Assembly (NCBI GenBank): GCA_028717645.1
Contig: JAQUNK010000001.1
Location: 68,794-132,793 of the forward strand
Direction of reading: 5' to 3'
Length of the DNA stretch: 64,000 nucleotides
DNA from: Candidatus Omnitrophota bacterium
GTDB taxonomy: Bacteria; Omnitrophota; Gorgyraeia; Gygaellales; JAMWDD01
Shown: one piece after another, positions 17,047 to 25,271 of the stretch
How the letters are laid out: each line of letters starts with the position of its first letter
Position numbering within the stretch: position 1 is the first letter of the stretch
The notes under the pieces: model-generated
The model's database searches: none
Seen by the model: only the letters and a program-made list of their open reading frames with translations
What the model was told of the DNA's origin: nothing
Made by a program: the position numbers and the translations under genes

Positions 17047-18735
17047 ATGATTTTACGCATCGCTATGGCCCAGATCAACAGCTGGTTGGGCGATTTTAAG
17101 TATAATACGGACAAGATCTATAACTTTATCAATAAGGCTAAGGCCGCGCAGTGCGATATCGTAATATTCCCTGAATTAGCCATACCGGGTTATCCTCCTG
17201 AAGACCTCATCTACAAAAAAGATTTCTTGAGGGAAAATAAACATTATCTGGATTTGATCCGGGATTTTAGCAAAGATATCGGTGTGGTGGTTGGTTTTGT
17301 CGAAGAAGAGAAGGGTAAAATTTATAATAGCGCCGCATTCATCTATAACAGGCGACTCTGCGGGGTTTATAGAAAAATGCACTTGCCTAATTATGGCGTG
17401 TTTGATGAAAAGCGTTATTTTTCATCCGGGGCGGATTTTAAAATTTATGATTTTGGCGGCGTAAAGATCGGCCTGGATATCTGCGAAGATATCTGGGAGG
17501 GTGGGCCGATACCGGAGCAGGCAAAGGCAGGCAGCTCAATAATTTTTGCCATTAACGCCTCGCCCTTTCATCAGGGCAAGATGGACTTACGTATGGATAC
17601 CCTAAAAGAGCAAGCTAAAGAGAACAAAGTCTATATCGCCTATACGAACTTAGTCGGCGGGCAGGATGAATTGATCTTTGACGGCAGAAGCATCCTGATC
17701 GATACGAAGGGGAAAACATTGGTCCAGGGGAAAGCATTTGCAGAGGATTTATGCCTTTATGATATCGACCCTAAAAGTTTACCTAAGAAAAAAGTGAATC
17801 ATAAAAAATTAGTCAGGATTCCGGTAAAGAGATCGGTCATAGAAGCTGTTAAAGAGCCGTTGACGATTAAAGAAAGTGCCAAGCTCGACCCAGCTGAGGA
17901 AATTTATAAGGCATTAGTTTTGGGACTGCGAGATTATGTGTTAAAGAACAGTTTTAAGAAAGTGGTTTTAGGTTTAAGCGGCGGCATCGACTCTGCTTTA
18001 GTCTCGGCATTAGCTATGGATGCGTTAGGCAAAGAAAATGTCATTGGTGTATTTATGCCGTCCCAATTTACCTCAGGAGAAAGTAAGGAAGACGCGCTGG
18101 CCGTGGCGAATAATTTAGGGATCAATATCCACACGATCTCTATCCAGGATATTTTCTTAAAATATCTGGAAGGGTTAGCGCCGCAGTTCCAAGGTACTAC
18201 CAGGGGCATTGCCGAAGAAAATGTGCAGGCGCGTATCAGAGGGAATATCTTGATGGCGCTTTCTAACAAATTCGGCTGGTTGGTTCTGACCACTGGAAAT
18301 AAAAGCGAAATCAGTGTCGGGTATACTACTTTATACGGTGATGCCGCAGGAGGCTTTGCGCCGATCAAGGACGTACCCAAGACATTGGTCTATGAATTAG
18401 CCAGGTATAGAAATTCTCTTTCCCGCCCGATAATCCCTGAAAGGGTTTTTAGCAAAGCGCCGACCGCGGAACTAAGGGAGAATCAAAAGGACCAGGATAC
18501 GCTTCCGCCCTATGAGGTCCTAGACCCGATATTAAAGGCTTATATTGAGGATGAGAAGTCTTTGGACAAGATCGTCGCTTCAGGTTTTGATAGAGAGGTC
18601 GTAAAACTGACCATTGAGATGGTTGATAAAAATGAATATAAACGCCGGCAGTCCGCTCCGGGGATCAAGATTACGCCCAAGGCCTTTGGCCGTGACCGCC
18701 GCATGCCGATCACGAATAGATTCAAACAATTCTAA
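17047..18735 (+). CDS. nadE: Glutamine-dependent NAD+ synthetase.
   Basis: N-terminal CN-hydrolase domain (MAQINSWLGD...FPELAIPGYPPED) plus a C-terminal NAD-synthetase PP-loop (GLSGGIDSALV). Confidence 0.9.
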   Translation: MILRIAMAQINSWLGDFKYNTDKIYNFINKAKAAQCDIVIFPELAIPGYPPEDLIYKKDFLRENKHYLDLIRDFSKDIGVVVGFVEEEKGKIYNSAAFIYNRRLCGVYRKMHLPNYGVFDEKRYFSSGADFKIYDFGGVKIGLDICEDIWEGGPIPEQAKAGSSIIFAINASPFHQGKMDLRMDTLKEQAKENKVYIAYTNLVGGQDELIFDGRSILIDTKGKTLVQGKAFAEDLCLYDIDPKSLPKKKVNHKKLVRIPVKRSVIEAVKEPLTIKESAKLDPAEEIYKALVLGLRDYVLKNSFKKVVLGLSGGIDSALVSALAMDALGKENVIGVFMPSQFTSGESKEDALAVANNLGINIHTISIQDIFLKYLEGLAPQFQGTTRGIAEENVQARIRGNILMALSNKFGWLVLTTGNKSEISVGYTTLYGDAAGGFAPIKDVPKTLVYELARYRNSLSRPIIPERVFSKAPTAELRENQKDQDTLPPYEVLDPILKAYIEDEKSLDKIVASGFDREVVKLTIEMVDKNEYKRRQSAPGIKITPKAFGRDRRMPITNRFKQF

Positions 18736-18742
18736 CAATTCA

Positions 18743-19567
18743 ATGGAAGAAAAATTAGCCAAATTAAAAAATATTTTAGGCCGTATAGATTCTGCGTTGG
18801 TTGCTTATTCCGGCGGAGTAGACAGTACCTTTTTACTCAAGGTTGTTTGTGATTGTTTAAGAAAAGAAAGAGTATTGGCTGTAACTGCGAATTCCGAGAC
18901 TTATCCCAGTGATGAATTAAAACTTGCCAGGCGCCTGGCCGATAAATTCAGGGTTAGGCATTTGATTATCGAGACGAGCGAATTACATAATCCGAAATTC
19001 AGCAATAACCCGGTTAACCGCTGTTATTATTGCAAGCGCGAACTTTTTTCCAGGCTCAAAGAGATCGCCCGGGATGAAAAAATAGAATATGTTTTGGATG
19101 CAACGCAGGCTTCGGATAGTTTTGATTTTCGTCCCGGAGACAAAGCCAAAAAAGAATTAGGCATTCGTTCGCCATTAAAAGAAGCAGGCTTTACTAAAGA
19201 AGACGTCCGGCAATTAAGCAAAAAATTCAAACTTCCTACCTGGGATATGCCGTCAAAAGCATGCCTGGCATCCAGGTTCCCTTATGGGATGAGGATAACC
19301 CGGGATGGTCTGCGCCGCGTTGAGAAAGCAGAAAAGATCATAAGATCCCTGGGCTTTTCGCAGGTCAGGGTACGTAATTATGACAGTACCGCGAAGATAG
19401 AAGTGGAAAAAGGCAAAGTTCCTTTTTTGATTTCAAAGTTGAGGCCAGAGAACTTGGCCAAAATCAAGAAAATAGGCTATAAATATATTACCGTGGATTT
19501 AGAAGGCTACAGAACCGGCAGTATGAACGAGGGTATAAAATTCGAAGCACGAAATCCTAAATCCTAA
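18743..19567 (+). CDS. larE: LarE-like ATP-dependent sulfur transferase (PP-loop ATP pyrophosphatase, TIGR00268 family).
   Basis: PP-loop AYSGGVDSTFLL, with three conserved Cys (RCYYCKR and KACLASR). The in-frame ATG at 18743 is preferred over the ORF-track start at 18614, which overlaps nadE. Confidence 0.6.
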   Translation: MEEKLAKLKNILGRIDSALVAYSGGVDSTFLLKVVCDCLRKERVLAVTANSETYPSDELKLARRLADKFRVRHLIIETSELHNPKFSNNPVNRCYYCKRELFSRLKEIARDEKIEYVLDATQASDSFDFRPGDKAKKELGIRSPLKEAGFTKEDVRQLSKKFKLPTWDMPSKACLASRFPYGMRITRDGLRRVEKAEKIIRSLGFSQVRVRNYDSTAKIEVEKGKVPFLISKLRPENLAKIKKIGYKYITVDLEGYRTGSMNEGIKFEARNPKS

Positions 19568-19610
19568 GCAAATCACAAATCCAAAATCTCAATGGTCCAA
19601 ACTAAAATGT

Positions 19611-19675
19611 TTAGAATTTGGAAAATTAGAATTTCGAATTTGTTTCGGGTTTCGATATTAGAATTTCGAATTTGT
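19611..19675. repeat. Direct repeats of ATTAGAATTTCGAATTTGT upstream of the cysteine desulfurase gene.
   Basis: Perfect 19-bp copies at 19625-19643 and 19657-19675, plus a partial copy (TTAGAATTTGG) at 19611-19621. Each contains the TTCGAA core. Confidence 0.6.
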
Positions 19676-19714
19676 CCAATAATTTAAAGCAATACATTAT
19701 AAAGTGAGGTTAAA

Positions 19715-20878
19715 ATGAAGCGTATATATTTTGATTATGCCGCCACTGCACCTACGGATCCGGAAGTTCTAAAAGCAATGCAGCCGTATTTTACCGAAAA
19801 GTTCGGCAATCCTTCCAGTATCCATTCTTTTGGGCAGGAGGCAAAAAAAGGTATTGAAGACGCGCGCGAGATCCTGGCTAATTTTATTGGCGCTAGCCCG
19901 GATGAAATTATTTTTACTTCCGGCGGGACAGAATCGGACAATTTTGCCCTGGAAGGCGTGGCTTATGCCCTGAAGGCAAAAGGAAACCACATTATTACCA
20001 GTGCCATCGAGCATCATGCGATCACCGAGGTAGCGAAATTCATGGAAAAGCACGATTTTAAGGTTACCTTGGTGGGTGTGGATAAATACGGCATGGTCAA
20101 TCCTGATGATATCAGGAAGGCAATTACGGATAAAACCATCCTTATTTCCGTAATGCATGCAAATAATGAAATCGGTACGATCCAGCCGATCGCGGAAATA
20201 GGAAAGATCGCCAAGGAAAAGGGGATCGCTTTCCATACCGACGCAGTCCAGACCATAGGCCATATTCCGGTTAACGTGAATGATCTCGGCGTAGATCTAC
20301 TTTCGCTTTCTGCGCATAAATTTTACGGGCCAAAAGGAGTAGGTGCGCTTTATGTCAGGAAAGGCACGCGCATAAACCGGTTCTTGCATGGCGGCGACCA
20401 GGAAAAAGGCAGGCGCGCTTCTACGCAGAATACTCCCGGTATTGTCGGCTTGGGCAAGGCGATCGAGATCTGCAAATTAAAGATGAGTGAGGAAACGGCT
20501 TTACAGAGCAAATGGCGGGATAGGTTGATCAAAGAGATCCCCGCCAGGATCCCTGATGTATTGCTCAATGGCCATCCGACCTCGCGGCTGCCGAATAATG
20601 TCAATTTCTCGATCAAGTACGTCGAAGGCGAGTCCATGATCCTGCATTTGGATATGCTTGGCGTGGCGGTATCTACCGGTTCAGCCTGTACTTCCGGTTC
20701 GCTTGAGCCGTCGCATGTGCTTCTGGCCACGGGCCTGACCCATGAATTGGCCCACGGTTCGGTGCGCATTACCTTAGGCAGATACAATACAGATAGTGAA
20801 ATAGATTATTTTCTAAATAACTTTCCGCAAATTGTAGAAAACCTGCGTAAGATGTCTCCGCTTTACGAAAAGAAATAA
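19715..20878 (+). CDS. iscS: Cysteine desulfurase (IscS/NifS class, class V aminotransferase).
   Basis: PLP-lysine motif SAHKFYGPKGVGALYV and an active-site Cys loop (STGSACTSGS). Confidence 0.85.
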   Translation: MKRIYFDYAATAPTDPEVLKAMQPYFTEKFGNPSSIHSFGQEAKKGIEDAREILANFIGASPDEIIFTSGGTESDNFALEGVAYALKAKGNHIITSAIEHHAITEVAKFMEKHDFKVTLVGVDKYGMVNPDDIRKAITDKTILISVMHANNEIGTIQPIAEIGKIAKEKGIAFHTDAVQTIGHIPVNVNDLGVDLLSLSAHKFYGPKGVGALYVRKGTRINRFLHGGDQEKGRRASTQNTPGIVGLGKAIEICKLKMSEETALQSKWRDRLIKEIPARIPDVLLNGHPTSRLPNNVNFSIKYVEGESMILHLDMLGVAVSTGSACTSGSLEPSHVLLATGLTHELAHGSVRITLGRYNTDSEIDYFLNNFPQIVENLRKMSPLYEKK

Positions 20879-21834
20879 TGCGTGATAGGATCTTAGAGTA
20901 TCTAAAAAAGACCGACAGTTATATTTCAGGCGAAGAATTGAGCCGGCATCTGAAGGTAAGCCGCGCTGCCGTCTGGAAACATATCCAGGAGTTGCGGCTT
21001 TCCGGCTACGAGATCGTCGCTGTACCGCATCTGGGGTATCATCTCACTGCCTGCCCGGATAAGCTTCTTCCCCAGGAAATTTCTTTCGGCCTGGAGACAA
21101 AATCATTCGGCAAAAAGATCTATTATTATGACACTATCGGCTCGACCATGGACGCAGCTATGGAGGCGGGATTAAAGGGTGCCCTAGAAGGCACGGTAAT
21201 TATCGCCGAAACGCAGACCAAGGGCCGCGGCAGGCTCGCTCGCCATTGGCTTTCGCCCAAATACAAAGGAATTTATTTTTCTTTGATCCTGCGGCCGAAA
21301 TTATTGCCCCAGGAAACACCCCGTTTAACGCTGCTGAGCGCCGTAGCGGTTTGCGAAGCGATAAAAGAGGTAAGCCGCCTGGATGTTAATATCAAGTGGC
21401 CCAATGATATTCTCATTAATGAGAAAAAACTCGGCGGGATATTGACTGAATTAAGCGCAGAAACCGATGAAGTGCGCTTCATTGTTATCGGTATCGGCAT
21501 TAATGTGAATACGGATAAAACTCAAGCCCTACCGCATGCCACATCCCTTAAGGAAGAAAATGGAGAAACGATCAGCCGTGCGGCGCTAGTGAAGGCAATA
21601 TTAAAAAGGCTGGAAATAAATTACCAAATTTTTAAAAAACAGGGCTTCCATCCGATAATCGATAAATGGAGGCACTTTTCCAGCACCTTAGGTTCGCGGA
21701 TCAAGGTAACTTGTCAGAAGGAGCACATCGAGGGCGAGGCAATAGATATAGACATGGACGGCGGGCTCCTGGTGCGCAAGGACTCCGGTTTTATCGAAAA
21801 GGTTATGGCTGGAGACGTGGTGAAATTGGGTTGA
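20878..21834 (+). CDS. birA: Bifunctional biotin--[acetyl-CoA-carboxylase] ligase and biotin operon repressor.
   Basis: N-terminal HTH (ISGEELSRHLKVSRAAVWKHI), GRGRLARHW ligase motif and a C-terminal SH3-like domain. Confidence 0.85.
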   Translation: MRDRILEYLKKTDSYISGEELSRHLKVSRAAVWKHIQELRLSGYEIVAVPHLGYHLTACPDKLLPQEISFGLETKSFGKKIYYYDTIGSTMDAAMEAGLKGALEGTVIIAETQTKGRGRLARHWLSPKYKGIYFSLILRPKLLPQETPRLTLLSAVAVCEAIKEVSRLDVNIKWPNDILINEKKLGGILTELSAETDEVRFIVIGIGINVNTDKTQALPHATSLKEENGETISRAALVKAILKRLEINYQIFKKQGFHPIIDKWRHFSSTLGSRIKVTCQKEHIEGEAIDIDMDGGLLVRKDSGFIEKVMAGDVVKLG

Positions 21835-21858
21835 CAAAGCCACGTTTGGTGTTATAAT
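21831..21858 (+). promoter_or_regulatory. Sigma70-like promoter (TTGACA-16 nt-TATAAT) driving the FMN riboswitch and rib operon.
   Basis: TTGACA at 21831-21836 overlaps the birA stop codon. TATAAT lies at 21853-21858. Confidence 0.6.
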
Positions 21859-21865
21859 ATAAATA

Positions 21866-21982
21866 ATCTTCGGGGCAGGGTGTAAATCCCGACCGGCGGT
21901 AAAGCCCGCAACCCCCGGCAATAAGCTGGGGCTGATCTGGTGAGATTCCAGGGCCGATGGTATAGTCCAGATGGAAGAAGAT
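21866..21982 (+). ncRNA. FMN riboswitch (RFN element) aptamer.
   Basis: CTTCGGGGCAGGGTGTAAATCCCGACCGGCGGTAAAGCCCGCAA...GGTGAGATTCCAGGGCCGATGGTATAGTCCAGATGGAAGAAGA matches the conserved RFN core, and the P1 strands pair (TCTTC/GAAGA). It lies upstream of ribBA and ribH. Confidence 0.85.
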
Positions 21983-21994
21983 AAAAAGGATAAC

Positions 21995-22030
21995 TGTCCC
22001 CGAAGTCTATTTCGGGGATTTTTTTTTAAT
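21995..22030 (+). terminator. Intrinsic terminator (riboswitch expression platform).
   Basis: TCCCCGAAG-tctat-TTCGGGGA hairpin followed by a T9 run. Its 5' strand CCCCGAAG is complementary to CTTCGGGG at the aptamer 5' end, which would allow an antiterminator to form. Confidence 0.75.
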
Positions 22031-22046
22031 GAGCAGATGACTTACG
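22028..22046. repeat. Left copy of a 19-bp inverted repeat (AATGAGCAGATGACTTACG) bracketing ribBA.
   Basis: An exact reverse complement is found at 23526-23544. The left copy also forms a local hairpin with GGCGTAAGTC at 22062-22071. Confidence 0.7.
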
Positions 22047-22227
22047 CCCTTTTATTAAGTCTAAGGCGTAAGTCATAGGCCGTAAGGCCGTCTGCGAATA
22101 AACCCCGCACCTTTTATTTATTCAAATGTTTTATTTTTTGAAAACAAATACTAGAAAGGTGCGGGGTAAGTTCGGACACATAAGTTATGTCGCTTATATG
22201 TCTTCAGAAAAAAGAGCTCCATAACTT

Positions 22228-23466
22228 ATGTCCTCACTTATGTTTAATTCCATTGAAGAAATAATCGCAGAGTTAAAGCAGGGCAGGATGGTTATCGTGG
22301 TTGATGATGCTGACCGCGAGAACGAGGGCGACCTGATCATGTCCGCTACGCATATCCAGCCGCAGGATATAAATTTTATGGCCAAATTCGCCCGCGGGCT
22401 CATCTGTGTACCAATGGAAAAGGCGCGCCTGGATAAATTGGGGCTGCATCCGATGTTGGATGACGCAGCTTCCGCTACTTTAAAAAAAGATGCCTATTCT
22501 ACTGCTTGGATGATCTCAACCGATGCGGCCTCCGGGATCACTACGGGTATTTCTGCTTATGACCGGGCGCATACGATAAAAGTATTGATCGACCCCCAAG
22601 CAAAGGCTGAAGACCTCATCCGGCCTGGGCACTTGTTTCCTTTACAGGCATCCGACGGCGGAGTCTTGGTGCGTGCCGGGCATACCGAAGCCTGTGTAGA
22701 TCTGATGAAATTATCCGGCCTTTATCCGGCAGGCGTGATCTGTGAGATCATGAATGAGGATGGTTCTATGGCCCGTTTACCGGAGTTGAAGAAATTTGCG
22801 TTGGCACACGGCCTTAAGATGATCTCCATCGCTGACCTGATCGAATACCGCCGCAGGCACGAAAAGCTCATCGAGAAAGTTACCGAGACGAACCTGCCTA
22901 CGGAATTCGGCGAGTTTAAATTAATGATTTACCGTGATTCTATCACTGGGCAGAGCCACTTAGCACTTTCTATCGGCATGGAAAATTTAGGCGTTGATGC
23001 TGAGCCGGTCCTGGTACGCGTGCATTCCGAGTGCCTTACCGGTGATGTGTTCGGGTCTTTGCGTTGTGATTGCGGGAAGCAATTGAAAGAGGCCATGCGC
23101 CTGATCGGCGAAACGCACAGGGGCGTTATCCTTTATATGAACCATGAAGGAAGGGGTATTGGCCTGGAAAATAAGATCCGCGCCTATAATCTTCAGGAGC
23201 AGGGCCTGGATACGGTCGAGGCGAATGAGGCCCTGGGTTTTAAACCGGACCTGCGTGATTACGGGATAGGCGCTCAGATACTCGTGGACCTGGGGATAAA
23301 AAATATCAGTTTGCTTACGAATAATCCGCGCAAGATCGTGGGCTTGGAAGGTTTTGGGCTAAAAGTAACCGAGCGCGTGCCACTGGAGATAGAGCCGAAT
23401 CCGAAAAATTACAAGTACTTAAAGACGAAGAAAGAGAAATTAGGGCACCAGATTAATATCAAATGA
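22228..23466 (+). CDS. ribBA: Bifunctional 3,4-dihydroxy-2-butanone-4-phosphate synthase / GTP cyclohydrolase II.
   Basis: DHBP synthase motifs (VVDDADRENEGDL, RAGHTEA) plus GCH-II motifs (CLTGDVFGSLRCDCG, NHEGRGIGL). Confidence 0.9.
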   Translation: MSSLMFNSIEEIIAELKQGRMVIVVDDADRENEGDLIMSATHIQPQDINFMAKFARGLICVPMEKARLDKLGLHPMLDDAASATLKKDAYSTAWMISTDAASGITTGISAYDRAHTIKVLIDPQAKAEDLIRPGHLFPLQASDGGVLVRAGHTEACVDLMKLSGLYPAGVICEIMNEDGSMARLPELKKFALAHGLKMISIADLIEYRRRHEKLIEKVTETNLPTEFGEFKLMIYRDSITGQSHLALSIGMENLGVDAEPVLVRVHSECLTGDVFGSLRCDCGKQLKEAMRLIGETHRGVILYMNHEGRGIGLENKIRAYNLQEQGLDTVEANEALGFKPDLRDYGIGAQILVDLGIKNISLLTNNPRKIVGLEGFGLKVTERVPLEIEPNPKNYKYLKTKKEKLGHQINIK

Positions 23467-23525
23467 AGACGCATTAACAGTCAAACAAGCGAGCTATGGC
23501 TTGCGTCTCCGCCTACGGCGGATTC

Positions 23526-23544
23526 CGTAAGTCATCTGCTCATT
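23526..23544. repeat. Right copy of the 19-bp inverted repeat (CGTAAGTCATCTGCTCATT), immediately upstream of the ribH SD.
   Basis: Reverse complement of 22028-22046. It is followed by the GAAGGAGG SD and the ribH ATG at 23559. Confidence 0.7.
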
Positions 23545-23558
23545 GAAGGAGGAAGAAA

Positions 23559-24023
23559 ATGGTTAAAAGCATCGAGGGAGAATTGATCGCAAAAGGGAAA
23601 TCATTCGGCGTGGTGATCTCGCGTTTCAATGATTTTATCACTAAGGAGCTGGTATCCGGATGCCTGGATACTTTAATCAGGCACGGTGCAAACGACAAAG
23701 ACATATCTTTGTTCTGGGTTCCCGGCGCTTTTGAGATCCCGCAGGTCGCCCAGCGTATCGCCAAGTTAAAAAAATACGATGCTATAATTTGTTTGGGTGC
23801 GATAATCAGGGGTGCCACTCCGCATTTCGAGTATATCGCTTCCGAGGCGGCAAAGGGTGTGGCTAAAGTAGCTTTGGATACTGCCATACCAGTAGTCTTC
23901 GGCGTAATTACCGCGGATACCATTGAACAGGCCATTGAACGCGCCGGCACAAAGGACGGAAATAAAGGCAAGGACGCCGCGTTAAATGCGATTGAAATGG
24001 CAAATCTGGTAGACAAGATCTGA
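23559..24023 (+). CDS. ribH: 6,7-dimethyl-8-ribityllumazine synthase.
   Basis: 154 aa with [10 protein letters not shown]...[11 protein letters not shown]...[13 protein letters not shown] lumazine synthase motifs. Confidence 0.9.
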   Translation: MVKSIEGELIAKGKSFGVVISRFNDFITKELVSGCLDTLIRHGANDKDISLFWVPGAFEIPQVAQRIAKLKKYDAIICLGAIIRGATPHFEYIASEAAKGVAKVALDTAIPVVFGVITADTIEQAIERAGTKDGNKGKDAALNAIEMANLVDKI

Positions 24024-24030
24024 TCTAAAA

Positions 24031-24441
24031 ATGAGAAAAAGAACCCAGGCCAGAGAATTTGCTTTGCAGATCCTCTATAAAATAGATATTACCAAAGACG
24101 GCTGTACAGAGTCCTTGAGTGAATTTTGGTCGAATGCCGAAAAAAAGACCGATGGCCAAATGAAGGAGTTTACCGAACGGCTGGTCAAGGGAGTAATGGG
24201 GCATGTCGCAGATATCGATAGCCAGATCAGCAAGTATGCCCAGAATTGGCAGCTGAAGCGCATGGCCGTAGTAGACAGGAATATTTTACGCCTGGGCTGT
24301 TTTGAACTTCTCTACTGTGAAGATGTCCCTCCTAAGGTATCCATCAACGAAGCCATTGACCTGGCAAAAAAGTATTCCGGGCTTGAAGCAGGAAAATTTG
24401 TCAACGGGATACTCGATAAAATAAAATCCAGTAAAAATTGA
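24031..24441 (+). CDS. nusB: Transcription antitermination factor NusB.
   Basis: 136 aa NusB-like sequence (REFALQILY...AVVDRNILRLGCFELLY). The ribH-nusB pairing is conserved. Confidence 0.85.
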   Translation: MRKRTQAREFALQILYKIDITKDGCTESLSEFWSNAEKKTDGQMKEFTERLVKGVMGHVADIDSQISKYAQNWQLKRMAVVDRNILRLGCFELLYCEDVPPKVSINEAIDLAKKYSGLEAGKFVNGILDKIKSSKN

Positions 24442-25271
24442 TGAAATTCGCAGACCTGCACTTGCATACCAATTATTCCGACGGCACATCCGAGCCCGTA
24501 GAGCTCGTCAGAGAGGCCAAAAAAGCGGGCCTGGATTGTATCGCGCTGGCGGACCACGATACCATTGAGGGTATTAATCCGGCGCTGGAGGCAGCGGCTC
24601 AGGAAGGCATTGAGCTGATCCCCGGCATAGAGCTAAGCTGCGAATACAATGATGCGGAAGTGCACATCCTAGGATATCTTATAGACTATAAGGACAAACA
24701 ATTCATCGAGAAGCTGGCCGCAATCAGGAAGATAAGGGAATCGCGCCTTCATGAGATGATCGAGAAACTTAAAGGCCTAAAAGTGGATATCCAGATCGAG
24801 GATGTATTGAAATTATGCCGCACAAATAATGTCGGCAGGCTCCATCTGGCCCGGGCGATCGTGAAAAAAGGTTATGCGCAATCTATTTCAGAGGCCTTTC
24901 AAAGATTTATCGGTGATAATTCTCCTGCTTATGTCTGTGGTTTTAAGCTTAAGCCCGAAGAGGCGATCAAGATCATTTTAAGCGCCAGGGGTATTCCGGT
25001 GTTGGCCCATCCCTATATCTTAGGTAACGACGGGCTGATCACGCAATTTATCGGGTACGGCTTAAGAGGCATTGAGGTCTACTATCCTGAACATACCAAA
25101 AACAAAACCCTGCTTTACGAAAAATTAGCAAAAGAACGCGGCCTCCTGATCACCGGTGGTTCGGATTACCACGGTGCATCGAAACCGGAAATAAATATCG
25201 GCATTATCAAGATCCCCTACGCATTAGTAGAAAAATTGAAAGAAGAAAAGGCGAAAATTGAAACGAGATAA
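24438..25271 (+). CDS. PHP-domain metal-dependent phosphoesterase (TrpH/YciV-like).
   Basis: N-terminal ADLHLHTNYSDG and ALADHDT motifs of the PHP family. Confidence 0.7.
   Translation: MMKFADLHLHTNYSDGTSEPVELVREAKKAGLDCIALADHDTIEGINPALEAAAQEGIELIPGIELSCEYNDAEVHILGYLIDYKDKQFIEKLAAIRKIRESRLHEMIEKLKGLKVDIQIEDVLKLCRTNNVGRLHLARAIVKKGYAQSISEAFQRFIGDNSPAYVCGFKLKPEEAIKIILSARGIPVLAHPYILGNDGLITQFIGYGLRGIEVYYPEHTKNKTLLYEKLAKERGLLITGGSDYHGASKPEINIGIIKIPYALVEKLKEEKAKIETR

Noticed and set aside
18614-18742. The N-terminal extension of the LarE-like ORF overlapping the nadE 3' end.
   Set aside because: The extension is Arg/Ser-rich, looks like out-of-frame translation of nadE, and overlaps it by about 120 nt. 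The PP-loop protein family starts near the ATG at 18743.
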